Below are positions 12,709 through 25,250 of a stretch of 64,000 nucleotides of DNA, one piece after another. Made by a program: the position numbers and the translations under genes. The stretch is from Octopus sinensis. Lineage: Eukaryota. The notes below the pieces were generated by a model that was not told where the DNA came from, did no database searches, and worked only from the letters and a program-made list of their open reading frames with translations. Where the stretch lies: positions 40,300,001 to 40,364,000 of the forward strand of contig NC_042998.1 of NCBI RefSeq assembly GCF_006345805.1, in the 5' to 3' direction. Position 1 is the first letter of the stretch, and the number at the start of each line of letters is the position of its first letter.

Positions 12709-13257
12709 AAGACCTCACCTGGAATTTGCATCACCAGTCTGGAACCCCTATCTTGCCCAGGATATCAATCGTCTGGAAGCTGTTCAGCGACCGTGCAACC
12801 AAAAGAATACCCTCCATCAGGCATTTGCCATATTCTGAATGCCTTACTTCCCTGGGCATGGACACATTGAAACTCCGACTTCTGGCAGCTGATTTGGCAG
12901 ACACCCATAAAATTATCAACCATCTTACAAACAATAACTCTGAGCACCTTTTCAAACTCCACCCGTCTAACACCCGTGGACATATTTACAAAGTCAGAAA
13001 ACAGCACAGTTCCCATGACTTTAGGAAACATTTTTTCACGCTGAGAGTTGCTGAAGCATGGAACAAACTGCCGGCATCAGTTGTTAGTTGTCGGAGCACT
13101 GCATCCTTCAAAACTTCCATGCTTTCTGAGATTCGCCAGACTCATACATTGTTTGCTTTCCAGACACTTGTACATTACTGCATGTACTTTATACGCACTT
13201 TCTGACAAGTTGTGGTGCACCTGAGCACTGTATACAATAATTTCATTATTATTATTT
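12709..13257 (+). mobile_element. 5'-truncated CR1/L2-like LINE 3' end
   Basis: PHLEFASPVWNPYLAQDINRLEAVQ / RATKRIPSIRHLPYSECLTSLGMDTLKLRLLAADL...TRGHIYKV...FFTLRVAEAWNKLP, ending in an (ATT)n tail. Confidence 0.85.
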
Positions 13258-13384
13258 TTTTTATTTTTAAAGCTTAATACTTATTCTATTGGTCTTTTTG
13301 CCAAACTGCTAAGTTATAGAGACATAAACACACCAACACCAGTTGTCAAGCAGTGATGGGAGTACAAATAGAGACACACACATA

Positions 13385-13563
13385 GGTAGCACCCACTACA
13401 TTCACGGAGTGGTTGGCGTTAGGAAGAGCATCCAGCCGTAGAAACACTGCCAGATCTGACTGGGCCTGACGAAGCCTTCCAGCTTCACAGACCCCAGTTG
13501 AACTGTCCAACCCATGCTAGCATGGAAAGCGGACGCTAAATGATGATGATGATGATGATGATA
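13385..13563 (+). mobile_element. RTE LINE 3' tail fragment
   Basis: GGAGTGGTTGGCGTTAGGAAG...CCAACCCATGCTAGCATGGAAAGCGGACGCTAAAT(GAT)n, matching the 3' end of the LINE at 43661-46620. Confidence 0.85.
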
Positions 13564-14791
13564 TATATATATGACAGGCTTCTTTCAGTTTCCATTTACC
13601 AAATCCATTCACAAGGCTTTGGTCAGCCCAAGACTATAGTAGAAGACCAAGGTTCCACGCAGTGGGACTGTATCTAGAATCATGTGCTAAAGTATGATAG
13701 AAGGAAAGCATAGGTGTCTTACTACAGAGGGGATACATGACTACCACACATTATATAAGGGAAAGTGGAAGTAGTTAGGAAGGATATAAAGACAGTAGCG
13801 ATGGGCGATGGAGTGACTAAATGAGGTTGAAGTAGGATTTGTTCTTCCTAGTAAAACCTGCACCAGCAATGACTACCTAAACACAGCCATGGGCTGCAGG
13901 TTTCATCAGCCAAGGTGTCATCAGCCAAGAGTAGTAGGGAGTTGCCAACACATGGTGGAAATGGTGTAGCACTGTTACAACTCATTCCCCCATATTACTA
14001 CTACTACTACTACTACTGGGACAATTCTGCATAATGATGAAGCCTTAAAAGTCAGCATTGTCCACCAGTATCTCAACTGTCCAGATTAATAACCTCTACA
14101 TTTTAATTAATTAATGTTTCAAATCTTCCTTGGTTTACTCCCCCCCACCTCTGCCTCTCTTTGCTAATCACTCTCATTACTATTATCCACCAGCACTTTT
14201 CCACTCAGTATCAAATTAACCATACATTTTGGATTAAAAGATTTTGTTTTTAAATAGATTTGAATAATTCTATGAGGAAAAACAATGAAGCTTTGTTCAT
14301 CATCATCATTTAGCATCCGCTTTCCATGCTAGCATGGTTTGTTAATATATAAAAATCACACAATGAATATTAGCTACAATGGATTATACATTAATTTTTA
14401 ATTGAAATATTATCAGTAGCTCAATTTATTAATGGAGAAATTTGTATTTCAGGCATAAAAGCTAATGAATTTATTAAGAATCAGTTCCGTGCTCATGTGG
14501 TATTCCAATGTAACAGATTTTTAAAAAATGACAATTTGAGTAAAATTGTGTGTGTGAGTGAGTGAGTGTAAAGAATAAAACTCTTAATAAAATGGATACA
14601 TTTACAGTGAACTAATTCATTAATGCTACTTAATTTATCTAAAGCTTTTAAAGAGAGATAATTAAAAATGTTTTTAAGTGATAAAAATTTTTTTAAATAT
14701 TAACAAAAATAAAGACTCATCAAATAGATTTTTTTTTTACACTTTACAGTATGCATTAGTTCATGACTCTAAATATCAGTATATAGTTTAA

Positions 14792-14982
14792 CCATTTAAC
14801 ATTTAAACTGGCCATATCCGGCACAAATACTCTATCAGTTTTATGTTTAAGCCAAGTCAGATCTAACCTCTTGCATCTATCTTATAATGGCCTTCTAAAA
14901 AAAAAAACAAAAAAACACACATCATTGAAATATATACTCATATCATTGAAATACATTTAATAGCAATCTGAATACCAAAGGG
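14792..14982. mobile_element. TTAA-flanked MITE (orientation A)
   Basis: TTAA|CCATTTAACATTTAAA ... CTGAATACCAAAGGG|TTAA. Confidence 0.7.
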
Positions 14983-15371
14983 TTAAAATTCACTGGTGAA
15001 AACCGCTAAGCTAATGTAGCTCAACTAAATAACATTATTACAGTTTACTTTCTATTTCAGTAAAAACTACATTATCATTCAAGTTCAATATACTCAGTGT
15101 GCAATTTTCTCATCATACGATTCTGATTGGAATTTAAACTTGTTACCAAGAAGTCAATTTTAACTCCATTCTAAAAATCCAATGAGGCTTCATACTATTT
15201 TTATTTTCCATGTCTTTTCATAATTTTAATATACAAAACACTTTAAAATTCTGTTTTTTTTTCTCGATTATGGTGGACCAATGTTTTTACAATAGCAATT
15301 GTGCATCAGTAATACATTCATCAAATTCATGATAGCATATAATAAATGGAAGGAAAAGCAATTGATATATA

Positions 15372-16797
15372 TATGTGCCGGTGGCACATGAACATCGAAC
15401 CAAATATCAATGGAAACAGTAGTTGTGATACCTGTGCAGGTGACACATAAAAAGCACCATCCGAACAGCCGTTGCCAGTGCAACCTCCGCTGGCTTCTGT
15501 GCCGGTGGCACATAAAAAGCACCATCCGAGCGTGGCCGACGCCAGCACCGCCTCGACTGGCTTCTGGGCCGGTGGCACATAAAAAGCACCAACCGATCGT
15601 GGGATCCCGGAACATCTCGCTGTGCTTGAGGAGACCTGTTGAGTCAAGTGCATGTACATTGAACTTCGAACCAAATATCAATGGAAACAGTAGTTGTGAT
15701 ACCTGTGCCGGTGACACATAAAAAGCACCATCCGAACGTGGCCATTGCCAGTGCAGCCTCCACTGGCTTCTGTACCGGTGGCAATAAAAAGCACCATCCG
15801 AACAGCTTCTGTGCCGGTGGCACATAAAAAACACCATCCGAACGTGGCCGATGCCAGCACCCCCCCGACTGGCTTCTGTGCCGGTGACACATAAAAAGCA
15901 CCATCCGAACATGGCCGACGCCAGCACCGCCTTGACTGGCTTCTGTGCTGGTGGCACATAAAAAGCACCAACCAATCGTGGGATCCCGGAACATCTCGCT
16001 GTGCTTGAGGAGACCTGTTGAGTCAAGTGCATGTACATGTTGAACATCGAACCAAATATCAATGGAAACAGTAGCTGTGATACCTGTGCCGGTGACACAT
16101 AAAAAGCACCATCCGAACGTGACCGTTGCCAGTGCAGCCTCCACTGGCTTCTGTGCCGGTGGCACATAAAAAGCACCATCTGAACGTGACCGATGCCAAC
16201 CCTGCCTCGAATGGCTTCTGTGCCGGTGGCACATGAACATCGAACCAAATATCAATGGAAACAGTAGCTGTGATACCTGTGCCGGTGACACATAAAAAGC
16301 ACCATCCCAATGTGACCGTTGCCAGTGCAGCCTCCACTGGCTTCTGTGCCGGTGGCACATAAAAAGCACCATCCGAACGTGACCGATGCCAACCCCGCCT
16401 CGAATGGCTTCTGTGCCGGTGGCACATAAAAAGCACCATCCGAACGTGACCGATGCCAACCCCGCTTCGAATGGCTTCTGTGCTGGTGGCACATATAAAG
16501 CACCATCCGAATGTGGCCGATGCCAGCACCGCCCCGACTGGCTTCTGTGCCGGTGGCACATAAAAAGCACCATCCGAACGTGGCCGATGCCAGACCCCTC
16601 TGGCACCTGTGCAGGTGGCACGTAAAAAGCACCCACTACACTCGCGGAGTGGTTGGCGTTAGGAAGGGCATCCAGCTGTAGAAACACTGCCAGATCAGAC
16701 TGGAGCCTGGGGCAGCCCCTGGCTCCCCAGACCCCGGTCGAACCGTCCAACCCGTGCTAGCGCGGAAAACGGACGTTAAACGATGATGATGATGATG
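15372..16797 (+). repeat. Higher-order minisatellite built from RTE 3'-UTR modules, ending in an intact RTE tail (16625-16797)
   Basis: Roughly 20 copies of TGTGCCGGTG(G/A)CACATAAAAAGCACCATCCGAACGTG..GCCAG..CTGGC, interspersed with recurring blocks (AACATCGAACCAAATATCAATGGAAACAGTAG; CTGTGCTTGAGGAGACCTGTTGAGTCAAGTG), followed by the (GAT)n tail. Confidence 0.88.
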
Positions 16798-17028
16798 ATA
16801 TAAATTAATATAAACAGCTAGGTGCAATGTAATACTATAAAGGAAAAATTTAATTGTCACTAAGTGTGACTAAGGGTGCTGAAGCACCAACTTTGCTAGA
16901 AATAAGAGTTAAAATACTCCTAATGTAAGAAGTGTGCAATATATAGACATATACTGACAGGGGAGGTAACTGCCCAATGACTGTCGTTAGGATCACCAGA
17001 CCAGGCTTAGTTTTGCTTTACATATCTC

Positions 17029-17200
17029 ATCATCATCGTCGTTTAACATCTGCTTTCCATGCTAGCATGGGTTGGACGATTTGACTGAGGACTGGCAAAC
17101 CAGATGGCTGCACCATGCTCCAATCTGATCTATTTCTACAGCTGGATGCCCTTCCTAATGCCAACCAATGTACAAATTGTACTGGGTGCTTTTTCCTGTC
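17029..17200 (-). mobile_element. RTE LINE 3' tail fragment
   Basis: (CAT)n-CGTTTAACATCTGCTTTCCATGCTAGCATGGGTTGGAC...CTGGATGCCCTTCCTAATGCCAACC. Confidence 0.85.
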
Positions 17201-17575
17201 ACTGGCACAAGTGAGGTCATGAAGCAGCTCACAAGACAAGACCCCATGATTGAGAGGAAGTCGTATTAAGGGAAGTGTCTTATGCCAGGTGTTGAGAGGC
17301 AAGTGTATGATAGAGGATAGGAACAGGTGTCTTGCTGTAGAGGAGAGACATGACTATCCCAGATGGAAAATGAGAGAAGATGGTGGTTATACACACATAT
17401 ACAACTACAGGAAAAGAGAAAACTTGGAGAAAAAAATTAACTACTGAGGTATTGATGCATGTGTGAGAGTGAGTTCTAATTTATGCAGATTGTATTCATT
17501 TTAGTTATCATAGTTTACATGTTTAATTATAAAGCTGATTCAATCACTACTAGATAAAGGAAGATGAGACATTCA

Positions 17576-17779
17576 CCCTTTAGCATTTAGATTACTCTGT
17601 CAAATTTAATAGTTATTAATTCACATAGTTTTGAATTAATCATATTGTAGCTCTGAGATTTCAATGACGTGATTGTATATTTTTAGAGTGATATTGTAAG
17701 AGGCCAGAGTGAGACAGTTTGAACATAAAACAGGTAGAATATCTGGGCCAGATATGGCCAGTTTAAATTATCAAAAGGG
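17576..17779. mobile_element. TTAA-type MITE (orientation B) ending about 18 nt from the AGPAT exon-4 donor
   Basis: Starts CCCTTTAGCATTTAGATTACTCTG; family body through GGCCAGTTTAAA. Confidence 0.7.
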
Positions 17780-17797
17780 CAAATTACATCAGCATAC

Positions 17798-17893
17798 CTG
17801 GGACTGAACTGCCAAATGGAAAACACCCTTTTTGAATGGTAACATGCGTCCATCACGATTTCGAGTACCCTCTGGGAATGTGAATAAGCGAAT
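17798..17893 (-). CDS. AGPAT1/2: AGPAT1/2-like, exon 4 equivalent
   Basis: ttctcAG acceptor, GTATGC donor, 96 nt, after a 113-nt intron. [32 protein letters not shown], with motif III (FPEGTR). Absent from the ORF track. Confidence 0.95.
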
Positions 17894-18006
17894 CTGAGAA
17901 AAAAAGATGAACAAATATAAAAGTCAAATATAAAATTCAACAATACCAAAATTGACAGCAAATAGAAAAAAAAAAAAAAAAAAGTCTTAGAAATAAAATA
18001 ATGTAC

Positions 18007-18182
18007 CTGTTTTTTTGTAATAATTTCTGCTGTATCCACCAGCGTTTTAAGTGCTTTTTCATGATTTAATCGATCAATAAAGATTGTGCCACAAAGCCAG
18101 GCAGCTACACCAAATACACCAGTATACAAGAGTTCTTTTTTGGCTAAACTAGTGCAGTAATCTGGCCATATTTCCATCATAC
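18007..18182 (-). CDS. AGPAT1/2: AGPAT1/2-like, exon 3 equivalent
   Basis: AG/GT bounded, 176 nt (same length as human AGPAT2 exon 3). (G)MMEIWPDYCTSLAKKELLYTGVFGVAAWLCGTIFIDRLNHEKALKTLVDTAEIITKKQ, with motif II (FIDR). Confidence 0.95.
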
Positions 18183-18328
18183 CTAGAATAAAATAAAATA
18201 AATAATTAAAATCTGACAGAGTTATTGCTATTTAAACTATAATTTGATAGATGAAAACGTGACAATCATTGTGTAACTTTTGTAAAATAGGTAAATTCAT
18301 TGTAGCCTTTATTGAAATATGTGGTTTC

Positions 18329-18660
18329 ATCATCATCATCGTTTAACGTCCGTTTTCCATGCTAGCATGGGTTGGACGGTTTGACCGGGGTCTGGGAAGC
18401 CAGGAGGCTGCACCAGGCTCCAGTCTGATCTGGCAGTGTTTCTACAGCTGGATGCCCTTCCTAATGCCAACCACTCCGTGAGTATAGTGGGTGCTTTTTA
18501 CGTGTCACCAGTACAGGGGCCACAGGAGGCTGGCTAACGGCCATGATCGGTTGGTGCCTTTACGTGTCACTGACATGGATGCCAGTCAGGCAGCACTGGC
18601 ATCTGCCACATTCAGACAGTGCTTTTAACGTGTCACCGGCATGGGTATCTTAACTACAAT
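18329..18660 (-). mobile_element. RTE LINE 3' tail with about 3 UTR modules
   Basis: (CAT)n tail plus GGTGCTTTTTACGTGTCACC modules. Confidence 0.85.
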
Positions 18661-18733
18661 TTCCATTTGACTTTCCTTTTGATGTTGGTGTTAACGTACT
18701 TGGAAATCTTAAAAAAGAAAACAATTAAAATAA

Positions 18734-18990
18734 TAAAAATAAATGCACCCTTTTAAAGCCTAGCCAGGCTCATAGACCCGATTTCCCGGTTTCAATGGTG
18801 TATGTGTTCCCCAGCTGGATGGGACGCCAGTCCATTGCAGCGTTACTCATTTTTGCCAGCTGAATGGACTGAAGCAACGTGAAATGAAGCGTTTTGCTCA
18901 AGAACACAACATGTTGCCCAGTCCAGGAATCGAAACCACAATCTTACAATCATGATGCTGACACCCTAACCACTAAGCCATGCGCCTCCA
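18734..18990 (-). mobile_element. tRNA-derived SINE with CORE-like body
   Basis: rc: TGGAGGCGCATGGCTTAGTGGTTAGGG (A box)...GGTTTCGATTCCTGG (B box)...GTTGTGTTCTTGAGCAAAAC, A/T-rich tail. Confidence 0.8.
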
Positions 18991-19202
18991 CAGCATTCAG
19001 ATTACCCTTTCAAATGTATTGCTTATTTATACACATTCTTTTGAATTAATCATGCACTACCTTGAAACTTGGAGATTTTGACGAGGTAACTATTTATTTT
19101 TAGGATATATTTGGTTTGGTGTGAGATGCCATACCTGGCTGGTTTGAACCTAAAACAGGTAGAATATTTTGGCCGGATATGGCCTGTTTAAATGCTAAAG
19201 GG
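18991..19202. mobile_element. TTAA-type MITE (orientation B)
   Basis: GCATTCAGATTAC...GGCCTGTTTAAATGCTAAAGGG. Confidence 0.7.
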
Positions 19203-20420
19203 TTATGCTTTATAAGAGTATTTTGTTGACAAGAACGTTTTTCAAACAGTAATTTTCCATTTATTTAATCCAAAAATCTCAAGTTTCAAAATGTTATCCC
19301 TCATATCCAGCCTCTGTTTTGAAGTTATGTATGAACATTAATAGATGTTGATAATACTAATCTAAATTGAAATAAGTAGAACAAGCTAGAAGAGATATGC
19401 AGATATATGTAATCAAATCACTTAAATCTATTACTTGTTTCTGTTCTAGTAACCTAATTGAAGTGATAAAATCTTGAAAGAATGAAGATAACGATAAATG
19501 ATGAACTGAAGGACTTTGCTGATTTTATCATCACCATGTCCCTAACACACTTTAATATCGATTTATTTTCGAATCAAAAGGTAAAATAAAAAAAATCAAT
19601 ATAAAAATTAAAATAAATAAAATATTCATTTCCACATAACACTTCCTTATTTGCTTCAACAAAGTAAAAAAAAAAATCAATAATTTGGTACCTTCAAATT
19701 CAATTTGTGCAAATCAAAGACATTTCACATCAAACCTAACAGCAGTATATATGCAAAAAGTAAGGTATATTTATGTTAGAAAGCAAGCATTTATAATTTT
19801 ATGTCAGAAAGCAAGCATTTATAAACCAATTACAATTCCACAGGGTATTTCTATTTTCATCTATTCTACATGTTAGTGTTATGAAGAATAACAATATTTA
19901 TATAATTCATTTTTGTATCTGGTTTGCAAGATTCTTTATGTGAATTCATGTGTTGAAACAAATTTTGTTGTGTCTGGGGAGTCATACTGCCTTAATAGTC
20001 AATGTCCATTGACAAGGTGGCAAAAAACAATGAAAATTTTGGAAAGGAAAAAATAATAAATAATGAGTGGAAATTGAACTGGTAAGTGTGTTAGATATTA
20101 AGGCAGTATGACTCTCCCCAGACACAACAAAATATTTATATAATAATACAAAGCATATCAATAATGATTTCTAACATTGGCACACAATCAGAAATTTTGA
20201 GGCAGGTTACAGTCAATTAACTCAATCCCCAATATATATTTGTGCATCAACATTGGGGAGATGAAACGTAAAGCCAAGCACTGAAGAATTTGAATTTGGA
20301 ACAAAAGGATGTAACTAAATATCATGAGGTATTTTACACTTTCATTTCATGTAGCCAACCATGTTAAAAAAAAAGCTACACGTCAATTTTCTCTTTTGAA
20401 CTTTCAGTTTTAGCTAATAT

Positions 20421-20812
20421 TCTTTTATTCCTTTACTTGTTTCAGTCACTTTTTGACTGTGGCCATGCTGGCGCATCACCTTAAAGGGTTTTTTAGTCGA
20501 ACAAATTGAACCCCTAGAACTTTATCCTTTGTAAGCTTAGTACTTTATTGGTCTCTTAAGCTGAACCGCTAAGTGACAGGGACGTAAGCACACCAACATC
20601 AGTTGTAAAGCAATGGTTGGGAGACAAACACAGACACAAAGACACACACACACAATGGGCTTCTTTCAGTTTCTGTTTACCAAATCCACTCACAAGGCTT
20701 TAGTCAACCTGAGGCTATAGAAGAAAACACTTGCCCAAGGTGCCACACAATGGGACTGAACCAGGAACCATGTAGTTTGGAGGCAAACTTCTTACCACAC
20801 AGCCACTCTTGC
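20421..20812 (-). mobile_element. Near-complete CORE-type tRNA SINE (head, (TG)n linker, tail)
   Basis: rc head AGTGGCTGTGTGGTAAG...GGTTCAGTCCC...GGCACCTTGGGCAAGTGT; tail ...GCCAGCATGGCCACAGTCAAAA...AAACAAGTAAAG. Confidence 0.8.
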
Positions 20813-21374
20813 ACCTATATATACTTTTTTTTAAACTCTTTCCAAGTGCTTTCATTTTCCATTACTTCTCTCACTCCTTACAAAAATTTCAAAAGTTTGT
20901 AGGGTTTCAGATTTGGTAATTTCAGATAAATGATTATCAAGTGCATTACTTAAACTAAAAGAAACACAACATTCTAGAAGAAATTATTTGTAATATGATA
21001 AGGTGACACAAAGGTAACAATGCCTTTGTTCAATATAAATGTAAAAAAGTGGGCGTACTGAAAAAACAAAATTGTATTTGATCAACATTCCAATAAGTTG
21101 AGTTTGGCTTTGAGAACACAAAATATCTGATTAGCTTTTTGACCTACTTTTGTTAAAAAAAAATATATGCAGTTCTATTTTCAATGCCTATTTGAAGAAT
21201 TTACTAATCAATTACTATTAAAGTACAAAATAATGGTGTCAGACATTTATTCAACACTTACTCTAGCCTACTTAATTTCTATTGATTTACAATTACAAGG
21301 AAAATATTTGTAACATTTGGTTTATTTTTCTTTGATATATTATCAATAAAGATGTATCAAGTTAACTTTTCAAC

Positions 21375-21408
<34 letters not shown>

Positions 21409-24400
21409 TATATATTACATTATTGTTTTATCATCCAGTTTTTCCATACTTGCACAGATCAGACAGGACTTGTTGAGACAGATTTTCTAGAGCTGGACAG
21501 CTTTTTTGTCATCAGCTCTCACCTATTTCCAAGTAAGGTGATATTTCTCCATGGCCAGACATGTTTTTCACAGAAGACTGGAAACAAATAACATCACTTG
21601 TTTACAAGTATCACATGATGTCAACTCAAGGACACACACACACATGTTCAGTTTTCGTCTATTAAATTCAGTCACAAACCTTTAGCTGGCCCCTGGGGCT
21701 ACAGTAAAAGGCACTTGCTAAAGTTGCAGTGGGACACACAAATATATATATATATCCAAAAATTGAAGCATCGTTGATCTTTGTCCTCCAATGAACTCTC
21801 CCTATCACTATTTGTATAGCCTAAAATAATACAGCACACATACCCTTTTGTATTTTTCTTTTATTACATCCAATTTTCAAACTTCATAGTGACATTTATT
21901 GAAAAAGAACTATTTGAAATCATTATTACTATTATTATTGTTCTTGTGACTATTGTGATATGTGACATTAAAGTCTTGATAAACTTGTCATACAGCTTTC
22001 AATTTTTTGTGACTGAATCATGAATTTCATTTATGTGACAGAAAATGATATCTATTTTTATCATCTTTTATCCTTTTTACAAATAAATACTATTCACACA
22101 TATGAAAAATATCTTTATTGTGCTAATGGTTTTATAACCAACAAGCTGTGTGCATGCATCATGCACACATAAGGTTCTAAGCAAAATGTAATTCACAATT
22201 CTTATTCTTAATTGTGACCAGTCACTAACTACCTTTTGGGAAGGTAAGAACAACTATCTTCACTATAAATATTCTTCCTACTTTCTACTATAGGTACAAG
22301 ACCTGAAATTTTGGATGAGGCATCTAGTTGACAACATCAACCCCAGTGCTCAACTGGTACTTATTTTATCAATCCTGAAAAGATGAAAACGATCTTAATA
22401 GATATATAAACCATACTCTTTCTGCATTTACTAACAAGCATTACAAACCTGTTATTGATGATGACCTGACCTAATATCACCACCATGTACAGCAGAGACA
22501 CATGTTAAGTATTGAAACAGGTTTCATTGAATATTATAAAAGAAATTTGAAATTTATTTCCTGAGAATAAATCCCATTGACATTAAGTTGTCTTTCATTC
22601 TAATAAGGTCAATAAAATCAACCCAGTATATATAACTTCATACTAATTTAATAATTCATTAAATATTACAGACTTTACTGACTATCTATTGCAGTAAATT
22701 TGTTCTAAATGAAAATGAGCATGGTTGATAAATATTTTGATCTTTTGAGACCAGTTCATAGCAGTATTCAATTTTAATTTTCATTTCTTTGGGGTTTGTA
22801 AATCAATAGGTTTACAAGTTTTTAGTACATCTTATATAATTTCCCCCTGTCTTCTGCTTAGATGTAAGAAAGCCTTAAGGCTGATGAAAAATTTGGAGCA
22901 GAGAAGATTAACCATTTTGCAAACATATTATAAAACGTTTGTATATTCTGTATATTTTTGGTTCTGAAACACTCACAATAGATGGCAGATGACTATTTCC
23001 AACACTACTGGCAATGCCTGCCAACTGCTAAAAGGAGACCAAATAAAATCTTGAACGTTTTTTTTTTTTGGGGAATTAACCTTAACAAAATCTTAAGATG
23101 GTTCCAGTACAAGAAGTATATGTAGCAGATAAAAAAAAAATGTTATGGTATGGTGCACCATAGTAAACACAAGAACAATAACAACATGAATAGTTAAAGA
23201 GCTTATACTTCAGCCAGACAGTAAGAAGTATATCAAGTGGTAGAAACTCAGCTAAGTGGAATGGAGATCACACCTATATGAAGAATAGAACAGGTAAGGT
23301 AATATAAAAAAAAAACAATGAAATGAAAAAAGAGAGTAAACAACTTTCAAAAATAAATAATTAGTGACTGTAAAAGTTCTCATCTACGGTTCATACATGA
23401 AACAGAGACTAAGATTAATGGATATTATATGTTGGATATATAAAAAGATTTGGTGCATTAGTTGACTGTATTAGATAGAGAACTGGCACATAAATGAAAT
23501 TATACATTTCTGCAGGTTTTGGGAAATTCTCAGACATCATAAAATACAGACCACAGGAAAAGGATATCTATTCTTTTTACATGAAAAAAAAAAAAAAAGG
23601 AATATGTGAATCTGATAATGAAGTAGAGGAGAGTACAAGGATCAGTAATGTTTACTAAGAAATTCAGTCCTTTCCTTTGTTAATAACTAAATATTAGACT
23701 TATCCCTTTGCCAAGCCCAACACATTTTCAACACATACAAGACAACAGAAAGAAAGCTACCAATAGATTCCAGCCGAGCATACATTTTTTTTCCTCTTCA
23801 CACATTTGATTTATTTATTGACAAAAACAGATTCTGATAAGACTTGTCAAAAGAATCTATTCAAATTTTTCAATTACATAAGACAAAATGAAAACCAAAT
23901 GAGCTTGTGTGAAATATAGTACCAACGAATCAATGTTTGTTCAGGTTACATAATTCACATTAAATAAAAGACGATATCGTTTCTGGCATTAAATGACTTG
24001 TCCAATTACCTATAGTTTATTAGAAAAAGAATAGAAGAATAAACATCCTGATACACAAGTTAAATGAATGTCTTACGAGTGTAAGTAGAGAAATGATTAG
24101 TGATAAGATGAAGTCGACTTGTTTAAACAAAAAAAAAAAAAGAAGCCTAATGTACTCTTAGTTAAAAAACAGACGTCTATTCTAGAATGGTTAAATATTA
24201 TTATAGCTAAAAAAACATATCTTAAAGTGCAAGTCTAAACTAAGAGGAAAGATCTAACATTTAACAAATATCTCTTTAATCTCACTTACATCTTCACAAA
24301 AAACATTTCAACTTGACAACCTTTATTTATTGATAGCTTTTATCATTTCAGTTAGAAAAGGCCTATTGCTCATAATAACTAGAAGCCCTTTCACATTAGT

Positions 24401-24719
24401 GTGGTAAACACAATTGATATTTTACTTGAATGTATGTGTAACAAAGTTGTTGTTTGGCACCAAATCAGTCCTGATTGATCAAAACACTCTAGCTGTGACC
24501 ATCCAGTCTTTTACCCAGGCATGTTATACAAGGACTTCATTATACAAAGTGTTCTTTTGTAGATTGGAAGGATGTAATATGAATGAGAGTGAACTGAGTA
24601 ATAACACACAGAAGCTCCACAGCTTGTAATTCAAAATATCTCATTGGATGAAGGTAGAAAGGATGTTCAGAAAATTGTAGTTCTAAGGAGAAAGAATCGA
24701 TTAAGCTGTTTAGTATGGA

Positions 24720-25250
24720 GTCTTAGTAAGGCACAATAGGATTAACAAGAGAAAGAGGTGCAATGTGTGATTTTGTGAGGGGGTAATATGAAATTAGCAA
24801 GCTCAGATGAGCAGCAATAGAAGTGACAGAGACGACACACCATGTAGTAGGCAAGCAGTTGAATATACTGGAGTGTAAAGTCTTCTCTATAAGGCAAATG
24901 ACATCATTTTGGATGCATGCCAGCTTTTATGCATGGCTGCACTGTTCCAAATAAGTAAGCAGTGACTGTTCAGTGCTGAAAGTATGATGTAGCCCAGAAG
25001 AGGAAACCAAATTTTTGAGGTGTAGTCTAAGTTAGGTTATAAAAGAGAGATTGATATGAAAGGTCATTGAATAATTGATTATCAGTCAGAGAACTGTATG
25101 AACAGTTTTATTTCCAAATCTGTATCAATGAAACAAAGTAGTGACTTTCAGTTCTGTACTTCGTAGATCTTATCACATTTTGGCAGAGTATATAATCAGA
25201 AGGCAGTGATCATATGTTTTATGCACAATAGAATTTACAACTTGTAGATT
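24720..25250 (-). mobile_element. Highly degraded CR1/Jockey-like LINE ORF2 3' fragment
   Basis: Broken frames give ...CRLCHFYCCSSELANFILPL, resembling the LFYRY..G.CS.ELA motif; many stops. Confidence 0.45.

Larger units (their letters stand above)
12600..13690 (-). mobile_element. CORE-type tRNA SINE split by a CR1-like LINE (12709-13257) and an RTE 3' tail (13385-13563)
   Basis: SINE tail pieces at 12600-12700 and 13260-13385 and head at 13570-13690 join into the same consensus as the intact copy at 30317-30708. Confidence 0.7.

Noticed and set aside
15268-16750. Long ORFs (326 aa, 368 aa and others) on the minus strand
   Set aside because: They are translations of the tandem array; repetitive peptides in several frames at once, with no domain or splice context.
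17683-18006. ORF-track continuation of AGPAT exon 3 (VHYFISKTFFFF...)
   Set aside because: Read-through into the intron; canonical donor at 18006 and the true exon 4 is in another frame.
18900-18990. tRNA gene calls at SINE heads (also 26340-26400, 51650-51725)
   Set aside because: A/B boxes run into SINE bodies; no complete cloverleaf.
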